From: a virus
IMG/VR virus record: IMGVR_UViG_3300042197_003319
Location: 1 to 64,000 of that record
Direction: 5' to 3' (one strand)
DNA length: 64,000 nt
Position numbers and translations under genes: made by a program
Notes under the pieces: generated by a model
Seen by the model: only the letters and a program-made list of their open reading frames with translations
Told to the model about the DNA's origin: nothing
Database searches by the model: none
In this document: piece after piece, positions 36,686 to 46,873 of the stretch
Position numbering within the stretch: position 1 is the stretch's first letter
Layout of the letters: the number at the start of each line of letters is the position of its first letter

Positions 36686-38689
36686 ATGTTAGCCATCTAC
36701 AGACAAAATTCCCATCGAGAATGGGTCCTGTCCACCGTGTTTGCCGACAACGTCGCGGGCATGATGTGGCGGGAGTGGTTCGAGAAGGGCGGTTATGAAA
36801 CCAAGGTCAAGACGGTCAACTCGGTCAGTGAACTGGCCGATGTTCTCTCCCCGGAGGAAGAGCTCATGTCGGAGGTCCTGTCGGATCTCCAGAAGGAGAC
36901 CGAATGAAGCTGGTTGAGAAAGACGGCGAGTATTACCTGGAGTTCACGACACGGAGGGCCTTTGTGCTTTCCGTGGCCAAGGGGCTCCTGGTGATCGCCT
37001 CGGCCTTTGCTTCGTTCTACGCGCTTTGGCTGTTGGCTGCACTGTTTGACAAATGAACCCCAAGAAATTCAAACGAGTTTGGTGGGGCTACATCAAGGCC
37101 GGGGACCGCGTGGTGTTTGACGAAAACGGCGAGGCTTACACCTTCGTCGGCAAAGACCCGCAAGACTCGGCCCACATCATCCTTGCCGACAGCCAGGGCA
37201 ACACGGGCAGTTTTCACAACTGCTTTTGCAGCCCTTACCTGCGGGGGGCGATGCTATGAACGCAACTTTAGGAGGATAAACAATGACCAAAAACACAATC
37301 AAAAAGCAACTTAGATACGAGCAGAAGATGCTTAAAAAAGCCAAAGACTTTATGCTGAAAACCGAAGGTTACGCTGGAATCGCTTGTAGCGGTTCGGCAG
37401 ACATCGGTTTTTATGAGGGTCGAATTGCCCTGCTTGAATCTCGGTTAAGGGAGGAAAGCCGGAATCGATGAGCAACATCCGTACCCCTACCCGGAAATGG
37501 CTGGAAAAGTTACCGGACGCCTACAAAGAGGCGTTCTACGACAACCTGGCCAACTTCAAAACCAACGACCTTTGGGAATGGATCATTGATCTGTTGCCTT
37601 TGCGGGATGCGGAGGATCTGCTCGCCAACCTCACCAGTCACTGGGAGGAGGACGAGATCGGAACTCCGTACCGCAAGAGCATGAAGTCCCCAAGCGTCAA
37701 AACCAGAAAGGTTAAAACATGAACATGTATGACGCCATGGTCGGAGACATCTCCGATCAGATTCAAAAGCTACGTGAAGAGATGGGGGTCACTTCCCGCC
37801 TGGAGTGGGAAGGCCTCAAGGAAATAGTCGGGAAAAAAGCCCATGACCAGATCGTGGGCAACCTTCCCCGAACGGACGAGGACACGTTGTCCTTGGACAA
37901 ATGGGCATGATCGTAATCGACAAACCACTTAACGGACCCAACGGAGTTCCATTTTTGCAGCTCCTGATGGCCGTCCAGGGTCTTAGGGCCATCAACAACG
38001 GGATGAGACTCACGCGCATGGCCACACCGGCCGTGTGCATGGAGATCATCTCCAACGTGACCGGCGTTAAGTACAAACGAACCCACAGAAACATCGCGTT
38101 GGCCGATGGCGAAGCCGTGCTTGAAGCTGTCCGCCAGCAGAAAGGAAAGTCAAAGCCAAGGTCTTGACTTGTTTATGACAAACATGGATACAACCGAAAA
38201 GCCTGACACAAAGGACATCACCGATGGTCGTGAACACCCTGACTGGGTAGCGGAACAGCGCGAAAGGTTTGAGCGCATGGACCGATACGACGAGTCCGGA
38301 TACTGGAGACACTTCCGATGAGCTACACCGTACGCGAGTGCGACTGTGGCTCAGGCAAAACGTCTGACTGGGTATACGACGGCCACGGCATCCCGCTGTG
38401 CCGGACATGCCCGACATGTCACGACAAGAAGATATCGAAATATCGGGCCGATATCTTTGAGGCATACGTGCCCGATGAACAACTAGACGAGGATTATTAA
38501 ACCATGAGCAGAGCCGACAAATGGGATGACATTGACTACACACCGGATGACACCGGCCAGGACGAGCCCATCGACACTCGTTCTTACGCTGAGATCGAAC
38601 GTTCTGACCGCAGTGATTACGCCTCGGAGATGGTCAGAAAAGGTAAATGGGACCCCATTCAAGCTGCCGAATATCGCATGGGCGCTTGA
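36686..38689 (+). other. array of tightly packed small early ORFs (36686-36907, 36904-37056, 37053-37259, 37283-37471, 37468-37722, 37719-37910, 37907-38167, ~38175-38321, 38318-38500 with CxC/CxxC, 38504-38689)
   Basis: ATGA overlaps and RBS motifs; no recognisable functions. Confidence 0.6.
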
Positions 38690-38781
38690 GTAACTGGTGA
38701 CCAGACCCCGATGGCAGGCGAGCCCCTGCCATTCGGTCTGTTCATTAGAACAGACAACCAATTAACCCAAAGGAGGATACT

Positions 38782-39105
38782 ATGTCTCATATCACCACTC
38801 CTACCCGTGAGCAGATCGACTTGTTCGGCGATGCCACGGACAGGAAAAATCAGGCGGACAAGGTGCGTAACGCCGTGTACCCGCTGTTCAAATTGAGTTA
38901 CGAGTCCGATCGGATGGCCCTTTTCCTCGGGGAAAAGTGGCAGGTCCGGGCGTATGACACTTCGAGGTCTTCGCTGGACGTGCACAAGCTGATCGAAACG
39001 CTGGCTGCCATGGGCGTGGATTCGCCCGCGCAGCTGGTGGACGGCTGCTATGCCAAGCAAACCTACCCTTCATTCCGGGCAACCCCCATTCCGGTGCTTG
39101 CCTAG
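38782..39105 (+). CDS. hypothetical early protein
   Basis: AAGGAGG RBS; directly upstream of rIIA. Confidence 0.65.
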   Translation: MSHITTPTREQIDLFGDATDRKNQADKVRNAVYPLFKLSYESDRMALFLGEKWQVRAYDTSRSSLDVHKLIETLAAMGVDSPAQLVDGCYAKQTYPSFRATPIPVLA

Positions 39106-41328
39106 ATGATTACCACTACTGACAGGCCGACGCCAACAGTCGTCGGTGCCAAGTCGGAGGTCGGTTTCACCATCGACCCCCGCAACCTTGCCCACGTTGT
39201 CAGTCTGTTGCGCGACGCTTACTCCGACCCGATCACTGCGGTGCTTCGCGAGTATTCCGTCAACGCGGCCGACGCGCACGTCGAGGCGGGTATTCCCAAC
39301 AAGCCGATCAGGGTCACCCTGCCCGGCAGGTTGGAGCCGGTGCTCAAGATCCGCGACTTCGGTCGTGGCCTTACGCCGGAACAGATCGAGAGTTTGTTCT
39401 GCTCGTATGGCGCTTCCAGCAAGCGCACCAGCAACGACTACACCGGTTGCCTTGGCATCGGCTGCAAATCGGCCTTTGCCATCACCGACTCCTTCACCGT
39501 CACCACCTTCCACGGTGGCCGGGCAAGGTCGTACAGTTGCTTTCTTGACGAGAGCGAAGTCGGCAAGGCCGTCCTGCTGAGCGACAAGCCCAGCAACGAG
39601 ACGGGCGTGCTGGTCAGTATCCCGGTCAAGAAGGACGACATCGGCACGGTTGAGAACAAGGCCATTGAGGTATACAAGTACTTCAAGATCCGGCCTGAGT
39701 TCGAAAACCTCGGCAACTCCCGCCTGCAGGAGATCACCCGACCCGCGTATCTTTACCGGACAGACGGCGTTGGTCTTCGCAACGGCAATTCCTGGCGCAA
39801 CGACGACAGCAACATTGTGATGGGCAACATTGCCTATCCGATCAAGATTGACGAGTTGGGCCACGATAAGATCCAGGAAATCCTTAACTACACCGCGTTT
39901 GACATCGAAGTCCCCATCGGTGCGGTCGACATCGCTCCGTCCCGTGAGGAACTCAAGTACAACGCCAGGACCAAGAAAGCCGTGCTCGAGGCGGTCAAGG
40001 ACGCGTTCAAGCGTATCGGCAAGAGCGCGGCCGACGACATTGCCAAAAGCAACGACCTGTTTTCGGCCATCAAGATCTTCAAGGCCTGCTTCCAGCGCCA
40101 CAAGCTGGACGGCTACCTTCGCGGTCTTGGCCACAAGCCGGTCTACAAAGGCAAGGAGCTGACGTCCTGCGACATCAAGCTCTACGACAAGGAAGAGGAA
40201 GCCAAGCAACACGGCTTTGCCGTTCGTCGCCTGGTCAAGCTCAACACTATTCGGCGTGGTAAGTCCTATCAGTTCAGTGAGACCAACACCATGGAGATCG
40301 GCCTGGATGACAAGCTGTATCACGACACCTCATCCAACCAGATGGAGTTCTACGGCAGGGTCCGGACGTTGTTGTCCGATCCCCACTTCAGGTCCGCGTA
40401 CGTGTTCAAGACACGCAACGGGGGCATGGATTATCTCCGCAACAAGCAACCCTTGTTGAACGAGATGACGTTCGATGACTTTACAGCCATCGATATCACA
40501 CCTCCGGAGAAAACGGACACAAACGTCCGTGGTCCGATCAACAACGCCAAGCACTCGATGCAGGTCTTCAAGCTCAAGCCTGACGACAAGCTCAGCGAGT
40601 GGCAAAGGCATCAGTCCGAGCATTGGCTTCCAGCCAGCATCGATCTTAAGAACGACAGCGGCGTGTATTTCGCCATTGATCGTTTCCAGATCACCACGGA
40701 ATCCAACTCGCGGGACGTCAGCGATTACGTGGAGAGGATCAAGCTTCTTCGGAGGTTCGGCTACAAAGGCGAGCTATACGGCTTCAAGCCTGCTGTGGTC
40801 GAACGGCTGAAGAAATCCAAAAGCACCAATTGGGTCCTGTTTCACGATAAATTCCGAGAGCTCTGGGAAGCCAGGGTTGCTCCTTATCGCGAAGCCATGG
40901 ACAACCACTTGAATTACCTGATGCACATCAACGATCGCAATGGCGATCGGGAAATCATTGATGTCCTTCACAAGGAAACCTTTGCCGAAGGAACCGTGGC
41001 TTCCATGTACAAAGACGCGTTGGATCGATGTGTCGCCAATCCACCAGGCGTGGATCTGGCCAAGGAAGCCAAGTTGATCGACGGCAACATGTGGTTGTTG
41101 CCCAAGCTCAAGCCGACCATTGACCTGGACGGCCTGTGCAAGCTGTTCGATGAGCGGTACCCGATGGTCATGTTTTGGTCTCTTGATGGCGGCAGCTACG
41201 AATCTGCCACCATAAAGGCCAGAAATACCCGGAACTCCAAGTTGTTGGCCGACTACTTGAAGTTGGTCGATGCCAATGACGCAGTCATTTCAACCTCAAC
41301 AACAAAAAGAAAGGATAAAGGTGAGTAA
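39106..41328 (+). CDS. rIIA: RIIA-like protein (GHKL/HSP90-like ATPase N-terminus)
   Basis: YSDPITAVLREYSVNAADAH, IRDFGRGL, YGASSKR.SND..G.LGIG.KSAFA; followed by an rIIB-like gene. Confidence 0.85.
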   Translation: MITTTDRPTPTVVGAKSEVGFTIDPRNLAHVVSLLRDAYSDPITAVLREYSVNAADAHVEAGIPNKPIRVTLPGRLEPVLKIRDFGRGLTPEQIESLFCSYGASSKRTSNDYTGCLGIGCKSAFAITDSFTVTTFHGGRARSYSCFLDESEVGKAVLLSDKPSNETGVLVSIPVKKDDIGTVENKAIEVYKYFKIRPEFENLGNSRLQEITRPAYLYRTDGVGLRNGNSWRNDDSNIVMGNIAYPIKIDELGHDKIQEILNYTAFDIEVPIGAVDIAPSREELKYNARTKKAVLEAVKDAFKRIGKSAADDIAKSNDLFSAIKIFKACFQRHKLDGYLRGLGHKPVYKGKELTSCDIKLYDKEEEAKQHGFAVRRLVKLNTIRRGKSYQFSETNTMEIGLDDKLYHDTSSNQMEFYGRVRTLLSDPHFRSAYVFKTRNGGMDYLRNKQPLLNEMTFDDFTAIDITPPEKTDTNVRGPINNAKHSMQVFKLKPDDKLSEWQRHQSEHWLPASIDLKNDSGVYFAIDRFQITTESNSRDVSDYVERIKLLRRFGYKGELYGFKPAVVERLKKSKSTNWVLFHDKFRELWEARVAPYREAMDNHLNYLMHINDRNGDREIIDVLHKETFAEGTVASMYKDALDRCVANPPGVDLAKEAKLIDGNMWLLPKLKPTIDLDGLCKLFDERYPMVMFWSLDGGSYESATIKARNTRNSKLLADYLKLVDANDAVISTSTTKRKDKGE

Positions 41329-42106
41329 CAACATAGCCTACAACATCAACCAAAACTCCCTCGTCGCCCTGATTGACGGCGAGGCGTACACAATACCGAA
41401 GTCGCATCCCAAGTTCGCGGACATCGCGGAAGCCTTGCGGAACGAGCTGACGCAGGACGAAATCCTGCCCCTCTTCCAGACGGCCAAGCAGGTCGCGGAC
41501 TACACGGAAGGGTCGATCGAGGTTCGTGGTGGCAAAGTCTTCTTTGCCGGCGAGGAAGTCGGCGGCGCTGTCGTCGACCGCATCCTCGAGTTCATGTCGG
41601 AAAAGCTGCCCCACAGGCCGCTGGTCCGATTCCTTGAGCGTCTGATGCGGAACCCGTCGTTCCGCAGCCGCGAGCAGCTCTACTCGTTCCTGGAGCACAA
41701 AAACCTGCCAATCACTCCCGACGGCAAGTTCCTGGCCTACAAGTCGGTGTCGGCGGAGTACATGGATCATCACTCGGGCAAGATCTCCAATAAGGTCGGC
41801 TCGGTGATCACCATGCCGCGTCACCGCATCTCGGACGACCCGAGCATCGGATGCCACACCGGCCTCCATGTCGGCGCGCTCGAGTACGCACGGGACTTCG
41901 GCGGAAGCGACCGCAAGGTCGTCATCTGCGAGATTGATCCCGAGCACGTGGTCAGCGTTCCGCTTGACTGCGACTGCCAGAAGATGCGCGTCTGTCAGTA
42001 CCGCGTGGTCGACAACTACAAGGGTCCGTTGGACCGGCCCATCGTCGATGATTACACCGACGACGAAGAGTCCTACGACCCGGACGAAGTAACCTCAACC
42101 TACTAA
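41321..42106 (+). CDS. rIIB: RIIB-like protein
   Basis: NPS..S..QLY.FL....LPIT.DG.FLAYK; C..GLHVG..YA; P..VVSVP.D....KMRVC.Y.V. Confidence 0.85.
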   Translation: MSNNIAYNINQNSLVALIDGEAYTIPKSHPKFADIAEALRNELTQDEILPLFQTAKQVADYTEGSIEVRGGKVFFAGEEVGGAVVDRILEFMSEKLPHRPLVRFLERLMRNPSFRSREQLYSFLEHKNLPITPDGKFLAYKSVSAEYMDHHSGKISNKVGSVITMPRHRISDDPSIGCHTGLHVGALEYARDFGGSDRKVVICEIDPEHVVSVPLDCDCQKMRVCQYRVVDNYKGPLDRPIVDDYTDDEESYDPDEVTSTY

Positions 42107-42117
42107 AGAAAGGCGAT

Positions 42118-42155
42118 TGGTCCCGGGGGTTCATTCCCCCGGGGCCGTCATTTTT
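42118..42155 (+). terminator. intrinsic terminator after rIIB
   Basis: TGGTCCCGGGGG-TTCATT-CCCCCGGGGCCG plus a T tract. Confidence 0.65.
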
Positions 42156-42341
42156 ATGCTTATCAATATCACCCACACCAAACGCATAGCTCTCGAGTAT
42201 TCGCAGAAGCTACGCAACGGAAAATTTACCCGTGTTTCCAAAGCCTTTCTTGAGGACCTGGACCGCACGGTCAAACGAGAACTAGAACACAAAATTAGAA
42301 CCCACCCCAGCAAGGGTAAAACCTTGATGGGAGGGCAATAA
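42156..42341 (+). CDS. small basic hypothetical protein
   Basis: KFTRVSKAFL...HPSKGKTL. Confidence 0.55.
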   Translation: MLINITHTKRIALEYSQKLRNGKFTRVSKAFLEDLDRTVKRELEHKIRTHPSKGKTLMGGQ

Positions 42342-42352
42342 GAAAGGAGTTT

Positions 42353-42703
42353 ATGTTACAACAGACAACCAACCCACCGCTCGAAGTTGTGTGGGAGAAG
42401 GGCATTCTTGCCAGCCGGTTTGGCGCCAAGACTGTCCAAAAGTCCAGCACCCACAGCTTCCCGCTCAACCACGCAACCGTCAGGACCTACCGTCTTCACG
42501 ACGGTCACAACGCAAGTGTCGGGATCTACTACGATCGCGAGATTAAGGATCAGGGCCGCCGTCGCTGCGTGGCCAGCCTTTATTTCAACGATAAAGGAGA
42601 AGCCAGGGTCAACTTCAATGGCAACCTTGTGTACGAGGACTTGCAGGATATGGCTCGTTGCGTCCAGCACGTCCGGGATCAACTAGGGTCGCTCAAGTCT
42701 TGA
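42353..42703 (+). CDS. hypothetical protein
   Basis: AGAAAGGAG RBS. Confidence 0.65.
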   Translation: MLQQTTNPPLEVVWEKGILASRFGAKTVQKSSTHSFPLNHATVRTYRLHDGHNASVGIYYDREIKDQGRRRCVASLYFNDKGEARVNFNGNLVYEDLQDMARCVQHVRDQLGSLKS

Positions 42704-42709
42704 CTGTTT

Positions 42710-43486
42710 ATGGTCAATACTGCTTTAGCTGATTCGTTCTTTGACACGCTTACTCCAGAGGCGGTCAAGGATCAGACGGATTACTGGGAGAAGCTGGCGC
42801 CACAATCGCTCGACGACATGTTTCGGCGCTGGCTGTTTGCCTTCACCTCCATCCACACAAGCTGGAAAGGCAACGTGTACGGGTACGAAGCCCTCAAGGA
42901 CTTTCTGCCCTGGAAGTGGAACAAACCCGAGCTGAACAAACGTCTTCGGAACTGCGGCTGTGGCATGTACCAGAACCGCACCGAATACATCTGGGACTTC
43001 AGCCGCAAGTTCTGGGACAAGCCAACGGACTACTTTCCGCAGGCCGGAGAGCCGTGGCGTGCGTACCGGGACCGGCTGGTCGAGCAGAACCGTGGCATCG
43101 GCATCGCCAAGGTCAGTTATGTCCTTGAGCTGTGTTACCCGATGACCGCGCAGGTCCTGTGCGGCGACATCCATCAATGCCGCCTGTACGGGGTCAACCG
43201 AAACCTGACCGGCAACGGTCCGGACAAACACGCATACGAAACGATGGAGTATCACTGGGTCAAACGCAGCCGCGAGAAAGGCGTCAGCGCACCCGTGGCA
43301 CGCCAGTCGTTCTGGAACAACCTTAAACAAAAAGCGAATTCCCGCTTTTGGAGCTGGGTATTCGAACCGGAGGATATGAAGAAAGAACTAGACGCAAAAG
43401 AAGCAGCCATCGCCGAAGGCGAACGGCGCGAGATCGAGGAGCCCTTGTTTGTATGGGGCGAACAAAATGAGAAAGCCAGCGCCTAA
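42710..43486 (+). CDS. HhH-GPD superfamily DNA glycosylase-like protein
   Basis: GIGIAKVSYVL HhH motif with Lys, then CGDIHQCR (Asp-x-His). Confidence 0.6.
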   Translation: MVNTALADSFFDTLTPEAVKDQTDYWEKLAPQSLDDMFRRWLFAFTSIHTSWKGNVYGYEALKDFLPWKWNKPELNKRLRNCGCGMYQNRTEYIWDFSRKFWDKPTDYFPQAGEPWRAYRDRLVEQNRGIGIAKVSYVLELCYPMTAQVLCGDIHQCRLYGVNRNLTGNGPDKHAYETMEYHWVKRSREKGVSAPVARQSFWNNLKQKANSRFWSWVFEPEDMKKELDAKEAAIAEGERREIEEPLFVWGEQNEKASA

Positions 43487-43718
43487 ACGTTGGTTTCTCC
43501 ATTACAACAAACCCGAAAGCCGAAAGGCTGGACGCAACGTCCTCACACTTCACTGGGACAAGGCCTGCCACATGGTCAATCACTTCGTCACGGTGAACGT
43601 TGATTCGGAATCACACGAAAATCAAAGACAACCCCGCTGTGTCATCCGCGGCTTTGCAAAGAGCGTGCGCTTTTTGAAAGCCGACGGTCTTGTCACGGCA
43701 GTTATTTCAGGAGTTTAA
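43467..43718 (+). CDS. hypothetical phage protein
   Basis: F.HYNKP.S......LH....C....QP..V..G. Confidence 0.6.
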   Translation: MRKPAPKRWFLHYNKPESRKAGRNVLTLHWDKACHMVNHFVTVNVDSESHENQRQPRCVIRGFAKSVRFLKADGLVTAVISGV

Positions 43719-43719
43719 C

Positions 43720-44529
43720 ATGATCCACACACCTCTCACTAACGACGAGATTCGCAGGCTTGCCCCTGCGGCCTTCGCCACCAAACCCAGCCCGAAGGTA
43801 TCCAACCGCTACGGGTTCATCAGCACAGCCGAAGTTCTCGACGGGCTTCGCAACCACGGTTGGGTGCCGGTTCGCGCTCGCCAGTCCTACACCAGGATTG
43901 CGGAGAACGTTCCGTTTACCCGGCACGAGATTGTTTTTCGCCGGCCAGACGAAAAACCGACTGTTGAGTTAGGCGATCTCCTCACCGAGACACGCCTGAT
44001 AAACAGTCACGGAACAGAATCCTGCTATCACACGGTAGGCGGTCTTTACCGTCTGGCGTGCAAAAACGGGGCCGTTGCAAGCGCAGGCTCGGAGTTCTGG
44101 GTCCGTGTTCGGCACACTATTCATTCCGTTGAAGGAGTGCTCGAAGCGGTTATGCAGGTTGGCGAGAAATTGCCACGGCTTGTGTCCACTGCTGCTGAGT
44201 GGTCCAAGATCCAGCTGACCCAAGAGCAGATCATAGCTTACGGTCAGACGGCGCTTGAGATCCGCTACGGACAAAACCAAGACAAGTGGCCGACCAAGCC
44301 TTCCTTTATCGGCAACCACGTCAACCGTCATGCCGACGCCGGCAACAACCTTTGGTCGGTATTCAACCGGGTGCAGGAGAACGTCACCCGCAACGGTTCC
44401 GTTCCCCGTCATCTGATCGGGCGGACCACACGTCGGATGAGCATTCGCTCAGTCAAGTCGATCGACTCCGACCTCAAAATCAACAGCAAGCTTTGGGAAG
44501 CAGCGTCTCAACTGGCGCTTGCAGCCTAA
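43720..44529 (+). CDS. DUF932/DUF945 family protein
   Basis: APAAFA......S.RY.FI.T; INSHG; YRLACKNG; NLWSVFNRVQEN. Confidence 0.85.
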   Translation: MIHTPLTNDEIRRLAPAAFATKPSPKVSNRYGFISTAEVLDGLRNHGWVPVRARQSYTRIAENVPFTRHEIVFRRPDEKPTVELGDLLTETRLINSHGTESCYHTVGGLYRLACKNGAVASAGSEFWVRVRHTIHSVEGVLEAVMQVGEKLPRLVSTAAEWSKIQLTQEQIIAYGQTALEIRYGQNQDKWPTKPSFIGNHVNRHADAGNNLWSVFNRVQENVTRNGSVPRHLIGRTTRRMSIRSVKSIDSDLKINSKLWEAASQLALAA

Positions 44530-44543
44530 GCAGAAAGGAAATT

Positions 44544-44732
44544 ATGTTACGAAAAGGCAGACCACGTATTCACTGGGACAAACTAACCAGGATCATCCGG
44601 CAAAGGGCAAACCTAAGCCAGATGCAGCTCGCAGCGGCTTTGAAAGTGAGCCAATCATCCATCTCCCTGTGGGAACAGGGGTTGATTGTCCCAACGCGCA
44701 AGCTCCAAAGGAAGCTTGAGGCAATTGCTTGA
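44544..44732 (+). CDS. XRE-family HTH protein
   Basis: RQRANLSQMQLAAALKVSQSSISLWEQG..P. Confidence 0.8.
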   Translation: MLRKGRPRIHWDKLTRIIRQRANLSQMQLAAALKVSQSSISLWEQGLIVPTRKLQRKLEAIA

Positions 44733-45481
44733 GCGTATATTCAGCCCACAATTTGGCGTTCGGCAACGGTAACGCCAAGTTACCGGATGGCATTTATCAC
44801 TTCAGTTTGTTATCCGGCTACACCTGCCCTGGCGCCCACAAGTGCCTTGCCAAAGTCAATCTTCAGACAGGCAAGATCATGGACGGACCCGAGGCAGACA
44901 TCCGTTGTTACTCGGCAATGATGGAGGCAATGTACCCGAACCTTCGGGAGCTTCGCCAACACAACACCAAGTTACTCTCCGGCAAAACAAAGCAGGAGAT
45001 GATCGACTTGATTGACAGGTCATTGCCCGTACACGCCAGGTTCATCCGTGTGCACATCGGCGGTGACTTCTTCAGCGAGGATTACTTCCTTGCCTGGATG
45101 GAAGTTGCCTCGAGACACCCAGGCATAACCTTCTACGCGTACACCAAGAGCCTGCCCTTCTGGGTTAAGAACATGTCCAAGGTGCCATCCAACTTCATGC
45201 TCACGGCAAGCAGGGGCGGATTGCACGATGTCTTGATCGACAGCCACGAGCTCCGCTGCGCAGAAATTGTGTTCAGCGAGTCCGAGGCCAACATCAAGGG
45301 CTTGGAGATAGACCATGACGACAGTCATGCTTACGGCAACGACCCAAAGTCGTTTGCCTTGTTAATCCACGGATCGCAGAAAGCCGGCTCTCCAGCTTCC
45401 AAAGCGTTATCCGCTTTGCGTAAGTCGGGGTGGACCGGCTACAGTAACAAGAAGAAGAAAGGAGAACTCCTTGCCGTTTAA
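44729..45481 (+). CDS. GP88-like protein (Cys-cluster, radical-SAM-related)
   Basis: GNAKL, TCPGA..C...CY, RVHIGGDFF, YAYTKS. Confidence 0.75.
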   Translation: MSVYSAHNLAFGNGNAKLPDGIYHFSLLSGYTCPGAHKCLAKVNLQTGKIMDGPEADIRCYSAMMEAMYPNLRELRQHNTKLLSGKTKQEMIDLIDRSLPVHARFIRVHIGGDFFSEDYFLAWMEVASRHPGITFYAYTKSLPFWVKNMSKVPSNFMLTASRGGLHDVLIDSHELRCAEIVFSESEANIKGLEIDHDDSHAYGNDPKSFALLIHGSQKAGSPASKALSALRKSGWTGYSNKKKKGELLAV

Positions 45482-45788
45482 TTCATCACCCGATCCTGCA
45501 GCTAACGAAGGCGGACCTAATCGCGAGCACATGCTACGCAAGTTCTCGGATGTGGGTTGGCACGTTAAAGGCAGGTTTTATTACACACCCAAGAAAGGTG
45601 TGGGTCTCTCGTACCCGGTGGAATATCAAGCCTTGATTGACCCCTGGGGAGAGACAAGACAAGAGCAGATTGTTAACTTGCAAGTCGACCTTCCTAATCA
45701 GCTGGCTGAGGAACTACTGACTCCAGTTCGCGACGCCGCCAAGCTTCACGTATGTGAAGACCTGGCTAAAGCTGAATTGTCAGGTTAA
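45471..45788 (+). CDS. hypothetical protein
   Basis: AAAGGAG RBS before TTG. Confidence 0.55.
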   Translation: MPFNSSPDPAANEGGPNREHMLRKFSDVGWHVKGRFYYTPKKGVGLSYPVEYQALIDPWGETRQEQIVNLQVDLPNQLAEELLTPVRDAAKLHVCEDLAKAELSG

Positions 45789-45814
45789 ACTAACAGTTAC
45801 GGATTGAGTGTGGC

Positions 45815-45857
45815 GCTACCCCGGAAGGTCTATCCCTTTCGGGGTAGTTTTATTTTT
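45815..45857 (+). terminator. intrinsic terminator
   Basis: GCTACCCCGGAAGG-loop-CCTTTCGGGGTAG followed by TTTTATTTTT. Confidence 0.75.
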
Positions 45858-45868
45858 AGAAAGGAAAA

Positions 45869-46144
45869 ATGAAAACAACTATCATACTAACCCTCGCCCT
45901 AAGTTCTTTGGCTCACGCCCAAGAGTTAAGGCTGTCAGCTAACCCTGACCTAATTGGTTCAACCTCAAATGATTACGGACTTTGGGGTGCGCCCGAGTTC
46001 ATCAACTCGTTTACCAACGATTATGGACCGGTCGGATCCCCTGAGTTTGTAACCGGTATCAGCAATGACTACGGGATTGGTCTTGGATTAAAACTTATCC
46101 AGCCAAGCTTCGAACTCATCCAGGTGCCGCTCGAGGTCCCTTAG
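45869..46144 (+). CDS. small secreted protein with three NDYG repeats
   Basis: Signal peptide MKTTIILTLALSSLAHA; repeats SNDYG/TNDYG/SNDYG at 17-aa spacing. Confidence 0.65.
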   Translation: MKTTIILTLALSSLAHAQELRLSANPDLIGSTSNDYGLWGAPEFINSFTNDYGPVGSPEFVTGISNDYGIGLGLKLIQPSFELIQVPLEVP

Positions 46145-46263
46145 AGTAATTAAATCCTGCGTAGCTGCCCGTGCCAGAAGAAGGATGTCGCAGATCCTGT
46201 CTGGCAACCTTCGCAGGTCTGAATCCTCCGGCAGTCCGTCCCAAAGCGGACTGTCGGGGGGTA

Positions 46264-46602
46264 TCAGGAATTCAGGTTCGCGCGTCTTTTTGCGCATGCC
46301 CCGCAGCCCTTAATGTCAGTCCCCGCAACCATGTCTATTGCCGCCGCAATCGGTTGCGCAACCATAGCCACGGCGTCCCCCAAACCAAAACCCTCACACC
46401 ATTCTTTGCCAGCCCTGTCGCAGATCTGGTCTTGAATCATTTGCCCAAGCTTTGTGGTCGGCTCAATCCCAGCGGAAGCTCTCTCCGAAACAACCTGGCC
46501 CACTAGATCCTGGTAAGAATCCCCTGTAATTGTCCGCTTTAACTCGGGGTCGTTGTATAACCACCCCCCAGGAGGAGTTCTTCCAAGTTCTTTTAACCTC
46601 AT
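46264..46602 (-). CDS. hypothetical Cys-containing protein
   Basis: PPGGW; GLGDAV; GCGACAKRR. Confidence 0.6.
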   Translation of the reverse strand: MRLKELGRTPPGGWLYNDPELKRTITGDSYQDLVGQVVSERASAGIEPTTKLGQMIQDQICDRAGKEWCEGFGLGDAVAMVAQPIAAAIDMVAGTDIKGCGACAKRRANLNS

Positions 46603-46621
46603 GTCCAGCCCATCTTGACAC

Positions 46622-46873
46622 ATGTTTGTTCAGTTTCAAGCTGGGTTTATGGCAGACGACACCTACTGGATCGACGGCGAAAGCCGCACATCCCAAAAGC
46701 TACTGCGTATTTTTCTGGCCGCTTCAATCATCGACAGCGGCGGAACCCTAAACGTTTCCCGAAAAGCCTTGGCCGAGCTTTCAGATAAATGCTTAAGCTA
46801 CCGAGGCTTTCAGATCATTGCCGCCCCGGGGGAAGACCATGACATGGACCTTTCGCTCGAATGGCACAAATAA
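46622..46873 (+). CDS. hypothetical protein
   Basis: Open frame, probably starting at MADDTY (46649). Confidence 0.4.
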   Translation: MFVQFQAGFMADDTYWIDGESRTSQKLLRIFLAASIIDSGGTLNVSRKALAELSDKCLSYRGFQIIAAPGEDHDMDLSLEWHK

